A stretch of DNA of 32,000 nt, taken from Cellulophaga phage phi38:1. This document shows positions 23,072-32,000 of the stretch, in pieces. The DNA lies in the sequence record NC_021796.1; one strand, 5' to 3'. Positions within the stretch are counted from its first letter, which is position 1; every line of letters starts with the position of its first letter. Made by a program: the position numbers and the translations under genes. Below the pieces are notes generated by a model. The model was not told the origin of the DNA. It made no database searches and saw nothing but the letters and a program-made list of their open reading frames with translations.

Positions 23072-25558
23072 ATGAATAATAAAAGTAAAAACCTTAAAAT
23101 GGCAGCTCACAGAACTCAGCCAGACCCTTTCGCATCTTCCGAAGAAAAAGGAAGTGAAGAGTATGGTTTGAAGTTCGGTAAGTTAATAGAACACGAATGG
23201 TTCTTTATTAAATCAGGAGGCACAGATAGCCAGTTTTATGATAAGCAAGCTAAGTTCCACGAGCTTAGAAAGTACGCTAGAGGTGAACACGATACCGGAT
23301 TAACTAAGAAACTTATTTCAGATGGAGTGGATGGAGAGTCTTATACCAACTACGATTGGAGACCTATTCAAATACTTCCTAAATTTATTAAGTTAGTAGT
23401 AAATCAAATGCTAGAGCGTCTATATGAAATAGATGCCCAAGCTATTGACGGAATCTCGCAAGGCTTAAGAGACGAGTATAAAGACATACTTCAAAAGAAC
23501 ATGGTTGCAAAACCTATGTTAGAAGACGCTAAAAATTTACTAGGTATAGACTTATCCCCAGATGGAATGGGAGAAATACCTGACAGTAATGAAGAGCTAG
23601 ACCTTCACATGAATCTTAACTACAAGCCTGCCATTGAGGTGGCTATAGAACAAGCTTTAAAGTATACCTTAGAGTTAAACGAGTACGATGAGACTCAAAA
23701 AATGATGTTGAAAGATTTGACAGAGATCGGTGTGGCCGCTCTACACCACAGGACTGACCCTACAAAAGGAATAGTAGCTGAGTATAGAGACCCTGCGGAT
23801 ATGGTCTGGTCTTACCCAACAAGGAGTAATTTTGAAAATGTATACTACTACGGATCAGCTAGAAGGTTGACACTTAACGAAGTACAAAGATTATCAGGTA
23901 AGAAGTTCTCTCAGGATGAGCTTGAAAAATATGCCAACGTTTCAAAAGAATGGGGTGCATATAATAAAATATCTAACGAGTTCTGGTACAGAGGTGAGGA
24001 TTTAACAAACTACCAAGTAGACGTATTAGACTTCACATTCAAGACGACTAAGTTAACTAAATACAAAAAGAAGTATAAGAAAAATGGAGGGTTTTCAATA
24101 ATAGAAAAACCTTCTGATTATATCAAACCTCAAAGTATTTTAGACAAAGAAGAAAAGCAAGGGTTTAAAGAGTACGACATCCTAGAGAATGTGGATGAAG
24201 TATGGTACGAAGGTTCTTTAGTAATAGGTACAGATTTATTATTCAACTACGGGGAGTGTACTAATATGCTTAGGCCAGAGGGATACATAAACAATAAAGT
24301 TATGTCTAACTATGTTGTATACGCACCGGAATTATACCAAGGACGTATCCAATCTTTAGTTGGGAGGGTGACTCAATACATAGACCAATTACAACAAATT
24401 CAAGTTAAGATACAACAATTCATTGCCAAGGCTAAGCCTAACGGGATATGGATAGATGTTGACGGTCTACAAGAATTAGATATGGGTGAGGGTAACACCT
24501 TCGGGCCTTTGGAATTAATCAGGTACTACGATGAAACGGGTAACCTTTTAGGTACTTCTAAGTTAGCGGATGGCAATTACAATAACGGAGCTATGCCTAT
24601 TAAAGAGCTTAATAACGGTGGTATGGCAGGTTTAGAGCAGTTAATGAACTCTTACAACTTCCATTTGAACTTATTCAGAGAAGCTATTGGTATAGGACAA
24701 GGTGCCGACGGTACTTTACCAGACCCTAGAACTTCTAACGGAGCTTTAGAAGCACAACAAAATAAATCCAACGTTGCGACTAGGTACATCCTAGATGCTC
24801 AACTTAAAATAACACAGTACTTAGCCAATGGACTTTCATTGAGACTAAAGGATATTTTCAAGTATTCTAATCTTAAGAAGGCTTACATAAATTCTATAGG
24901 TAAAGTTAATGTGGATGTATTGAAGTCTATACAAAACCTTCACTTACACGATTTTGGTATTACTATTAAGCTTAAACCAGACGCACAAGATAGAGCCATG
25001 TTAGAGAATAACATACAGGCCGAGATTGCTGCAGGCGGACTTTCTACAGTAGATGGTATTGACATTAGAAGAATAGGGAATATTACCCTAGCTAATGAAA
25101 TGCTTAAAATAAGAAAGAAGAAGAACATAGAGGAAAATCACAAGAGGGAGCTTGAAAAAATCGAAGCTAACGGAGAGGCATCTGCTAGGGGTGCTCAAGC
25201 AGCAGCGGAAGCTAAGCAAAGTGAAATGTCCATGGAGTTCGACTTTAAGAAGCAAATACTATTATTAGAGAGAGAAAGTGCGGAGCTTAGAACTAACGGA
25301 GAGTTAGAAGCTAAGAGGTTACTTATGGCAGACGAATATTTCTACCAAACAGGTATTCAAGCAGAACTTGATAAGAACACTAAAAACTTGGAGAAATATA
25401 AGGAAGACAGAAAGGACGAAAGAACTAAGATACAAGCAACGCAGCAATCTAAGATTAAGTCAGAGCAAAGTAAAGAAGGTGGAGGAGAGGCCATAGATTT
25501 CAGATCTGGTAACACTAGTATCACAGGTGACTTAGGAATGGACGACTTTACAGCATAA
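23072..25558 (+). CDS. portal protein (crAss-like)
   Basis: 828 aa, directly after terL, long helical C-terminus; size and position match the portal of Crassvirales-type phages. Confidence 0.85.
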   Translation: MNNKSKNLKMAAHRTQPDPFASSEEKGSEEYGLKFGKLIEHEWFFIKSGGTDSQFYDKQAKFHELRKYARGEHDTGLTKKLISDGVDGESYTNYDWRPIQILPKFIKLVVNQMLERLYEIDAQAIDGISQGLRDEYKDILQKNMVAKPMLEDAKNLLGIDLSPDGMGEIPDSNEELDLHMNLNYKPAIEVAIEQALKYTLELNEYDETQKMMLKDLTEIGVAALHHRTDPTKGIVAEYRDPADMVWSYPTRSNFENVYYYGSARRLTLNEVQRLSGKKFSQDELEKYANVSKEWGAYNKISNEFWYRGEDLTNYQVDVLDFTFKTTKLTKYKKKYKKNGGFSIIEKPSDYIKPQSILDKEEKQGFKEYDILENVDEVWYEGSLVIGTDLLFNYGECTNMLRPEGYINNKVMSNYVVYAPELYQGRIQSLVGRVTQYIDQLQQIQVKIQQFIAKAKPNGIWIDVDGLQELDMGEGNTFGPLELIRYYDETGNLLGTSKLADGNYNNGAMPIKELNNGGMAGLEQLMNSYNFHLNLFREAIGIGQGADGTLPDPRTSNGALEAQQNKSNVATRYILDAQLKITQYLANGLSLRLKDIFKYSNLKKAYINSIGKVNVDVLKSIQNLHLHDFGITIKLKPDAQDRAMLENNIQAEIAAGGLSTVDGIDIRRIGNITLANEMLKIRKKKNIEENHKRELEKIEANGEASARGAQAAAEAKQSEMSMEFDFKKQILLLERESAELRTNGELEAKRLLMADEYFYQTGIQAELDKNTKNLEKYKEDRKDERTKIQATQQSKIKSEQSKEGGGEAIDFRSGNTSITGDLGMDDFTA

Positions 25559-25581
25559 AAAAAGCATATATAATAATTACT

Positions 25582-25589
25582 ATCTTTGT
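25582..25589 (+). promoter_or_regulatory. TAnnTTTG -7 box
   Basis: TATCTTTG upstream of 25620. Confidence 0.5.
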
Positions 25590-25619
25590 AAGGTAGTTTC
25601 AAACTAAATTCAATTCAAT

Positions 25620-26822
25620 ATGGCATTTTTCAAAAAACAAGGGGATAACCTAAGTAGAGCAGCATCTATTATATCAGGCATTTCCAAAACTCCTTCTGGT
25701 GAACCAAAACCACCAGTAGAGCCAACAATAGAACCAACAGTAGAGCCAACAGTAGAGCCAACAATAGAACCTACAGTAGAGCCAACAATAGAACCAACAG
25801 TAGAGCCTACAGTAGAGCCTACAGATAATATACCACCAGTAGAAGAGGGAGTTGCAGACCCAATTCCTCCGGTGGAAGTAAAACCAGAAGTTCCTAAACC
25901 AGTAGAAACTCCTGAGGTTACGCCAGAAGTTACAGAAGAAGCACTATTATCATTATTGAGCGAGAGGCTAGGTAGAAGTATTAGTAGTGTAGACGATCTT
26001 AAACAGAAGGAAGTTGATCCGGAGGTAGAAGCACTTTTAAAGTGGAAAGAAGACACAGGTTTAAGCTTATCAGATTGGTCTGAATACAATAAAGATTTTT
26101 CAAGTATGAAGGACTTGGACGTGGCTAGAGAGATTCTATCCCAAGAGTTTCCAAACTTCACAGACGAAGAAATAGAGTATTCATTAAAAGACTATATTTA
26201 CGATGAGGACTATGACGACGACGGAGATAAGATGCGTAAAAACATAAATCTTAAGAAGTTCGCCAAAGAGGGGCGGGAAAAGTTAGAGTCTAGTAAAGTT
26301 AATTTACCTAAAGGTAATAAACAACCTAGCCTGACAAAAGAGCAACAAGAGGCTATTAATTTTGCTAATCAGTTTAAGGAAACCCAAGCAGCTAGTGCAA
26401 AAGCTACCGAGGATTATAACTTGAACATTTCAAAACAATCTCAATCTCTTGAAGCTATAGAGCTGAATTTGAAAGAGGGGATGACGTTAAAGTACAGCAT
26501 CCCCGAAGAGACTAGAAGAAATTTACCTAAAATGGTCGCAGAAATGCCTCATTGGTATAATGAAGATGGTTCTTACAATCACGCTAATGTAGTTAAAGAT
26601 GTTGCAAAAGTAACAAACTTCGACGCTATGATACAAGCTGCTTATAATCAAGGAGTTGAATCAGGAAAAGAAGGACAGATTAGAGTAGGGGCTAACATCA
26701 CAATAGATGGATCACCTTCTCCGGCAAAGCCGACAACAAAGAAAGGTAATATAGAAAGTGTTGTAAGCAACATAACAGGGGGTAGACAAGGCTCTAAATT
26801 ACGTTTCAAACGAAAAAAGTAA
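25620..26822 (+). CDS. structural/scaffold-like protein with PT[VI]E repeats
   Basis: 400 aa; tandem PTIEPTVEPTVEPTIEPT tract; lies between portal and capsid. Confidence 0.85.
   Translation: MAFFKKQGDNLSRAASIISGISKTPSGEPKPPVEPTIEPTVEPTVEPTIEPTVEPTIEPTVEPTVEPTDNIPPVEEGVADPIPPVEVKPEVPKPVETPEVTPEVTEEALLSLLSERLGRSISSVDDLKQKEVDPEVEALLKWKEDTGLSLSDWSEYNKDFSSMKDLDVAREILSQEFPNFTDEEIEYSLKDYIYDEDYDDDGDKMRKNINLKKFAKEGREKLESSKVNLPKGNKQPSLTKEQQEAINFANQFKETQAASAKATEDYNLNISKQSQSLEAIELNLKEGMTLKYSIPEETRRNLPKMVAEMPHWYNEDGSYNHANVVKDVAKVTNFDAMIQAAYNQGVESGKEGQIRVGANITIDGSPSPAKPTTKKGNIESVVSNITGGRQGSKLRFKRKK
25710..25833 (+). repeat. tandem 12-bp coding repeat
   Basis: Variants of CCAACAGTAGAG / CCAACAATAGAA in tandem. 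Confidence 0.9.
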
Positions 26823-26851
26823 GAAACACAACCAAATAACAAATAACAAAA

Positions 26852-28192
26852 ATGGCATTAACAACAGTACCAAGCTATCAAATTTCGCCTAGTTCAGTTA
26901 AGGCACCTAGCCAAACTAACTACATCGACGTATTTGATTACACTAATCAATTCGCCCCAGACGCATACGAGGAGTTGGTATCTATCTATGGAGACCAGTC
27001 TCTTACAGGTATGATTTTCAACCTTGGTAGCGAGGAAGCAATTTCTTCGGATCAATACATCTGGACGGAGAAAGGACGTTTACATACATCTTACGAGTCA
27101 GTAGCTCGTACAGGTAACGTCTTCACACAAGCAGGTCACGTATTCAGAGTAGGTGAAGTAGTAGCTTGTTCAGGTAACGGAGCTTTCCAACTTGGACGTA
27201 TTTCAGCCGTAACACCTAATACATTTACAGCATTACCGTACAAAGCGGCAGGATGGTCTGTAGGTGCGACTGGAATCAAAGCGTTTATCTCTCACACAGA
27301 GTTCTTAAAAGGATCTGGCCCTATGGACGGAAGCCTTGAGACTGACTTCACGGTTCTTAACAACAAGACTATTATCTCAAGAGATAACTACTTGGCGAAT
27401 GGATCAGAGGTTACACAAGACTCTTGGATTGAGACAGATAACGGAGGTTTCGTTTGGTATCTACAATCAGAGTTAGACGGCAGACGTAGATTCGAAGACA
27501 GGATCGAGATGGGTCTATTACAAGGTGAGTCTGCGGAAGCAGGTTCAGAGGCCGGAGCAGCCGGTTTCGATGGTTCAGAAGGACTATTCCAATCTGTAAG
27601 AACTAGAGGAAATATGTTCGAAGGATTAGCAACTACAATTGCTGATTTTGATACTATCTTGAAGCGTTTCGATGCACAAGGTAAGATTAGAGAATACATG
27701 TTCTACGTAGATAGAGACCAGTCTTTAGCTATCGATGACTTACTAGGTGAGTTAAACGCAGGTTACTCAGGAGGTATCTCTTACGGTATGTTCGATAACG
27801 ATGAGCAAATGGCTATCAACCTTGGATTCAGAGGATTCAAGAGAGGTTCTTATAACTTCTACAAGTCTGATTGGAAAATCTTAAATGACCCAACACTTTT
27901 AGGAGCAGTTGACCCTGCAAACGGAAAAGTACGTGGTTTACTTGTACCTCACGGGGATACAGAAGTATACGACGGTTCAAGCCCACAAGCAGACAGAGTT
28001 ACTAAACCTTACTTGTCTATCAAGTACAGAGTTAAGGGTTCTGAGAACAGAAGACACAAAACATGGATCACTGGATCTGTTGGAACTAACGCTCCTACGG
28101 ATGGTAACGATCACATGAGAGTTCACCACTTAGCGGACAGAGGTGTTAGTACCATCGGTGCAAACAACTACATGATCTTCGAAGGGGAGTAA
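26852..28192 (+). CDS. major capsid protein (crAss-like)
   Basis: 446 aa; position after portal and scaffold-like genes, own terminator, MCP-like composition (YIDVFDYTNQFAPDAYEELVSIYGDQSLTGMIFNLG). Confidence 0.85.
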   Translation: MALTTVPSYQISPSSVKAPSQTNYIDVFDYTNQFAPDAYEELVSIYGDQSLTGMIFNLGSEEAISSDQYIWTEKGRLHTSYESVARTGNVFTQAGHVFRVGEVVACSGNGAFQLGRISAVTPNTFTALPYKAAGWSVGATGIKAFISHTEFLKGSGPMDGSLETDFTVLNNKTIISRDNYLANGSEVTQDSWIETDNGGFVWYLQSELDGRRRFEDRIEMGLLQGESAEAGSEAGAAGFDGSEGLFQSVRTRGNMFEGLATTIADFDTILKRFDAQGKIREYMFYVDRDQSLAIDDLLGELNAGYSGGISYGMFDNDEQMAINLGFRGFKRGSYNFYKSDWKILNDPTLLGAVDPANGKVRGLLVPHGDTEVYDGSSPQADRVTKPYLSIKYRVKGSENRRHKTWITGSVGTNAPTDGNDHMRVHHLADRGVSTIGANNYMIFEGE

Positions 28193-28202
28193 TAAAACTA
28201 AG

Positions 28203-28228
28203 GGGGTCTAATCGCCCCCTTTTTTAAT
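28203..28228 (+). terminator. intrinsic terminator after the capsid gene
   Basis: AGGGGG tctaatcg CCCCCT then TTTTTT. Confidence 0.85.
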
Positions 28229-28261
28229 TTCAATAATTTAACTTTAATTCAACAGAACAAA

Positions 28262-29062
28262 ATGGCAGCACCAAAAAAAGCAGCTACAAAAGCAGCAACA
28301 TCAAAAACAGTATTACAAGAAAAAGAATACAGACTACTAGATTTCCAACCACTTACTTACACTATTAAGACAGGTAGAGATAACAACTTACTTGTGTGGG
28401 ATGAGGAATCACAATCTACAAGAGCTATCAAGCATTGCCCTAACGAAAAATCAATCTTCGTAGACGAGCAATCTGACAAGGCGGTAGTTAGAGCAATTGT
28501 GTTCCTTAATGGACTCTTAAGCACAAAAGCATCAGAAAAAACAACACAAGACTTTTTAGAAAATCACCCAAAAAGAGGTATCTTATTTGAACTAATCGAC
28601 GCAGCAGCAGACGCACAAGTGTTCTCTGACATCGAGGAAATTAAATTAGACGTTAAGCAAGCTATTAGATTAAAAGCTAAAGAAGAAACTGGAATGACTG
28701 AACTACGTTTAATCGTATCGGTATTGAACAATGACTCTTTAAGCGCATCTAAAATGGAGCCTGCAGAAGTTAAGAACGAGCTTTACAGCTTGGTTGAAAC
28801 TAACTTAAATAGGTTCGTAGACATGGAGACTGGCGAGGTTACTGTGTTTGACGACGTAGATATACAAAGAATGGCCCTTGCCCAACACTCATTTGACTCA
28901 GGAGTAATCCAAGTAAGTGCAGACGGAAACAAGGTAATGTGGTCAGATAACAAGAAAACAATTTGCATGATTCCTTCGGGTCAAAACCACTTAGATTTCT
29001 TCGCTAAGTACTTAGGTACAGAAGAAGGTATCCAAGTAGCAAAGGAAATTTCTAAACGATAA
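28262..29062 (+). CDS. hypothetical virion protein
   Basis: 266-aa ORF immediately downstream of the capsid gene. Confidence 0.85.
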   Translation: MAAPKKAATKAATSKTVLQEKEYRLLDFQPLTYTIKTGRDNNLLVWDEESQSTRAIKHCPNEKSIFVDEQSDKAVVRAIVFLNGLLSTKASEKTTQDFLENHPKRGILFELIDAAADAQVFSDIEEIKLDVKQAIRLKAKEETGMTELRLIVSVLNNDSLSASKMEPAEVKNELYSLVETNLNRFVDMETGEVTVFDDVDIQRMALAQHSFDSGVIQVSADGNKVMWSDNKKTICMIPSGQNHLDFFAKYLGTEEGIQVAKEISKR

Positions 29063-29079
29063 AAACAATCACTTACTAT

Positions 29080-29114
29080 TTTAAGACGAGCCCCTTTGGG
29101 GCTTTTCTTTTTTC
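29080..29114 (+). terminator. intrinsic terminator
   Basis: GAGCCCC ttt GGGGCTTTTC then TTTTTT. Confidence 0.8.
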
Positions 29115-29116
29115 CG

Positions 29117-29124
29117 TATATTTG
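29117..29124 (+). promoter_or_regulatory. TAnnTTTG -7 box
   Basis: TATATTTG upstream of 29146. Confidence 0.55.
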
Positions 29125-29145
29125 TAATACATAAAAATAGATAAG

Positions 29146-29844
29146 ATGATAAACAAAGTATTCGATCTTTTAAAGACGATCGTAAATAAAGAGGTCAGAG
29201 GGAACGTACCTTCTCCTGACGAACTTAACTTAATAGCCAAGCAAGTACAATCAGAAATATTCAGAGCCTATTTTGAGGACGAGAATAGAGATAAGATTAA
29301 ACAGAACAGGGGGGCCACTAGTAGCGGATACTCTAACTTGGCATTCAACCAAAGACAGAAGATAGACCAATTCTCAGATAAAGCTGCCTTAGTTGTATCA
29401 ACTGGATCAGACTTCCTTTTACCAGACGACTTATACCAAATAAAGGATAATGGTCTAGACTACAACGGTAAAGTAATTTCTGAGATGGAGGGGCAGAGGT
29501 TTTCTTTCGCTAACACGTCTCTAATGAAGCCTAGCGAAACATTCCCAACATACGAGAGATACGGTAATAAAATATCAGTATCGCCAAACACAATAACATC
29601 CGGGGTTACTTGCAGGTATACAAGGATTCCTAAAGACCCTAAATGGACTTACTCAATAGCCTTTGACAGAGAGTTCTTCAACCCTTCTGCGGACGACTTC
29701 CAAGATTTTGAGCTACACGAGTCAGAGTTTTCTAACATAGTAGTTAGAATGCTATCTTACTTAGGTATTCACATAAGAGAAGTAGAAGTTACTCAATATG
29801 CTGAGAAACTTAAAGAGAAAACAGAAATAAGAGACGAACAATAA
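29146..29844 (+). CDS. putative ring/connector protein
   Basis: 232-aa ORF in the head-tail connector position. Confidence 0.65.
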   Translation: MINKVFDLLKTIVNKEVRGNVPSPDELNLIAKQVQSEIFRAYFEDENRDKIKQNRGATSSGYSNLAFNQRQKIDQFSDKAALVVSTGSDFLLPDDLYQIKDNGLDYNGKVISEMEGQRFSFANTSLMKPSETFPTYERYGNKISVSPNTITSGVTCRYTRIPKDPKWTYSIAFDREFFNPSADDFQDFELHESEFSNIVVRMLSYLGIHIREVEVTQYAEKLKEKTEIRDEQ

Positions 29845-29855
29845 AATAGAGTACA

Positions 29856-30707
29856 ATGGCATTACATAATTTTACAAATTTAGATGAATACTACAGCGAC
29901 TCTAGCCAGTTCGGTGAGTATCAATATACGACACTAGAAGAGATAATAAGTAACTACATGTTCGGAATGTCCGACGATGATTACACTATAAACTCAGATA
30001 GAAACAGAGTAGCACTATTCGGTAAGAAAGGGGTTAGGGAATTATACTTTGACGTAGTTAACGAGGTTATATCTATAGAACTAGATTTAAGTCCGACATT
30101 AACAATACCACTTCCACATGACTACATAGCATTTACTAGGATTTCATGGGTAGACGACACAGGTAAATTGCACCCTCTTGCAGTAGACAAGAGTAATAAC
30201 TTATCTCAAGCGTTCTTACAAGCAAACGACTACGAATTTTTATACGACGTAAACGGAGATATTTTAAAAGGTAGTCACATACAAAACTTACCGGAGAACA
30301 GTAAGAGAGTAGACTCGCAGTCTCCTAGCGGAAGCTCTCCAACTTTCAACTTGGATAGGTCTAAGATGTATAATAACGGTAGCTATAGGATAGACAAAAC
30401 TAAAGGGGAGATACAATTTTCATCGGCAGTAGACGGGAGAACGATAGTTTTAGACTACATAAGCGACGGACTGTTCCAAAGGGATGATAGTGATATAAAA
30501 ATACATAAGTTCGCTGAGGACGCCTTAGACTCATTTATTTACTACAATTTAGTAAAAAGAAATAGGAGCGTACCGGCCAATGAGAAATACAGAGCCGAAA
30601 AAGAGTGGTGGAATCTTAGAAGGATCGCCAAAAGAAGAATAAACCCTGTTAATTACGACAACATTAAGCAAGTTCTTAAAGGTGGGTCAAGATGGATTAA
30701 AGATTAA
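29856..30707 (+). CDS. putative ring/connector protein
   Basis: 283-aa ORF in the head-tail connector position. Confidence 0.65.
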   Translation: MALHNFTNLDEYYSDSSQFGEYQYTTLEEIISNYMFGMSDDDYTINSDRNRVALFGKKGVRELYFDVVNEVISIELDLSPTLTIPLPHDYIAFTRISWVDDTGKLHPLAVDKSNNLSQAFLQANDYEFLYDVNGDILKGSHIQNLPENSKRVDSQSPSGSSPTFNLDRSKMYNNGSYRIDKTKGEIQFSSAVDGRTIVLDYISDGLFQRDDSDIKIHKFAEDALDSFIYYNLVKRNRSVPANEKYRAEKEWWNLRRIAKRRINPVNYDNIKQVLKGGSRWIKD

Positions 30708-30712
30708 AAACA

Positions 30713-32000
30713 ATGATAGAAATTAAAAACTTATTTACATCTGGAAAAATGAACAAGGGTGCTGACTCTAGACTTATGCCTGACGGAGAGTATAGAGATG
30801 CCTTGAATATAAAGCTAAGCACTTCACAAGGTTCAGATATAGGGGCTATAGAGAACTGCCTATCTACAAAGCAATTAACAACGCTTCCTCTTGGAAGTAC
30901 AGTTAATACTTTGGGGGCCTTCTTTGATAGCTCGGCAGATATGATTTACTGGTTTGTTAATTCAAATACAGGGGATTATGTAATAGAGTACGACACTATT
31001 TCAGATTCGTCTACTATAATCTTGACAGACACTACAGCAAACGTATTAAACTTTAACCCTGACTACCTTATTACTGGTGTCGGGGTTATCGTGGATACAG
31101 ACAGTAATAAAAGAATACTTGTTTGGACTGACGGAATTAATCCTGTAAGGTCTATAAATATAAACACAGCAAAAGGGTATTCTGCGAATGGTTTCAACGA
31201 CTCTCAAATATCTCTAGCAAAAGCTCCTCCATTGTATCCACCGACTATGGTATTAGGTACAACGGACACAGAGCAAGAAAATAACTTACTTAATAGATTC
31301 CTTAGGTTTTCTTACAGATACAAGTATGCCGATGGTGAGGTAAGCGCATTCTCTCCATTTACTGAGACTGCATTCTCTCCAAAAAACTTTAACTACGATT
31401 ACTCTATATCTTCTAACGAGTCTATGGAGAATCAATACAATACAGTAGACATCTCTTTCAACACAGGGGTGAGTGAAGTTGTAGGTATCGATATACTTAT
31501 GAAGGAGTCTAGTAGCAGTAATGTATCATTGGTACAAAGCTTTAATAAAGAAGAAGAAAACTGGGGGAATGGAGAAACAAAGACATTCACATTTTCAAAT
31601 AATAAAATATCTACGGTTTTACCGTCAGACCAACTTAGTAGACTTTACGACGCAGTACCACTTTCAGCCAAGGCTTTAGAGCTTATCGGTAATAGAATTG
31701 TATTAGGTAACTACGTAGAGGGCTACAACATAGAGGATGCATCTGGTAACAGAATCAAGATAGATTTTTCAGTAGAGGTGTTATCTACATCTGTACCTAG
31801 CGGACAACCTAGAGCCACTTTAAAAAGTAATAGGGGTTACGAAGTTGGTATAGTTTACTTAGATGATTACGGAAGGATGACGACCGTTCTTACTAGCCCT
31901 ACAAACACTACTCACATTAGTAATGGTAATTGCGTAGACCAAAATAAGCTAAGGGTTACTATTGAGAATGAGGCACCTAGTTGGGCAACTAAATACAGAT
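30713..32000 (+). CDS. putative tail stabilization/tubular protein, truncated by the window end
   Basis: Open frame from ATG (MIEIKNLFTSGKMNKGADSRLMPDGEYRDALNIKLSTSQGSDIGAIENCLS...) to the window edge; absent from the supplied track because it has no stop in the window. Confidence 0.75.
   Translation, partial: MIEIKNLFTSGKMNKGADSRLMPDGEYRDALNIKLSTSQGSDIGAIENCLSTKQLTTLPLGSTVNTLGAFFDSSADMIYWFVNSNTGDYVIEYDTISDSSTIILTDTTANVLNFNPDYLITGVGVIVDTDSNKRILVWTDGINPVRSININTAKGYSANGFNDSQISLAKAPPLYPPTMVLGTTDTEQENNLLNRFLRFSYRYKYADGEVSAFSPFTETAFSPKNFNYDYSISSNESMENQYNTVDISFNTGVSEVVGIDILMKESSSSNVSLVQSFNKEEENWGNGETKTFTFSNNKISTVLPSDQLSRLYDAVPLSAKALELIGNRIVLGNYVEGYNIEDASGNRIKIDFSVEVLSTSVPSGQPRATLKSNRGYEVGIVYLDDYGRMTTVLTSPTNTTHISNGNCVDQNKLRVTIENEAPSWATKYR

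Noticed and set aside
25610-26161. 183-aa minus-strand ORF rich in VGSTVGSIVGSTVG
   Set aside because: It is the antisense reading of the 12-bp PT[VI]E coding repeat in the well supported forward gene.

Overview
The window is a 32 kb segment of a tailed bacteriophage genome. It looks like a crAss-like (Crassvirales-type) podovirus infecting a Bacteroidota host, judged from gene order, protein sequence character and TAnnTTTG-type promoters; no database search was run. Layout: (1) a leftward block of small unknown genes plus one tRNA-Glu (about 100-2900); (2) a 1.7 kb gene-free divergent region (2880-4560) full of inverted repeats, a pseudoknot-capable segment, a duplicated two-block promoter-like motif and short direct repeats; (3) a rightward block with about 24 tRNA-like genes (5418-8792) covering all 20 amino acids, arranged behind three near-identical promoter cassettes, each followed by a 25-29 codon micro-ORF and a terminator; (4) a second gene-free structured segment (about 9030-9430, probably minus strand); (5) a serine recombinase, small proteins, a RyR-domain protein, a cupin-like protein, an amidase endolysin and tail fibre genes with an S74 chaperone; (6) the virion morphogenesis block (TerL, portal, PT[VI]E-repeat protein, major capsid candidate, ring/tail connector candidates). 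The best candidates for undescribed biology are the large structured noncoding RNA at about 2926-3530 (minus strand), the smaller ones at about 4312-4450 and 9030-9410, and the leader-ORF/attenuator cassettes in front of the tRNA arrays. All structure calls are manual pairings and need covariance or probing support.
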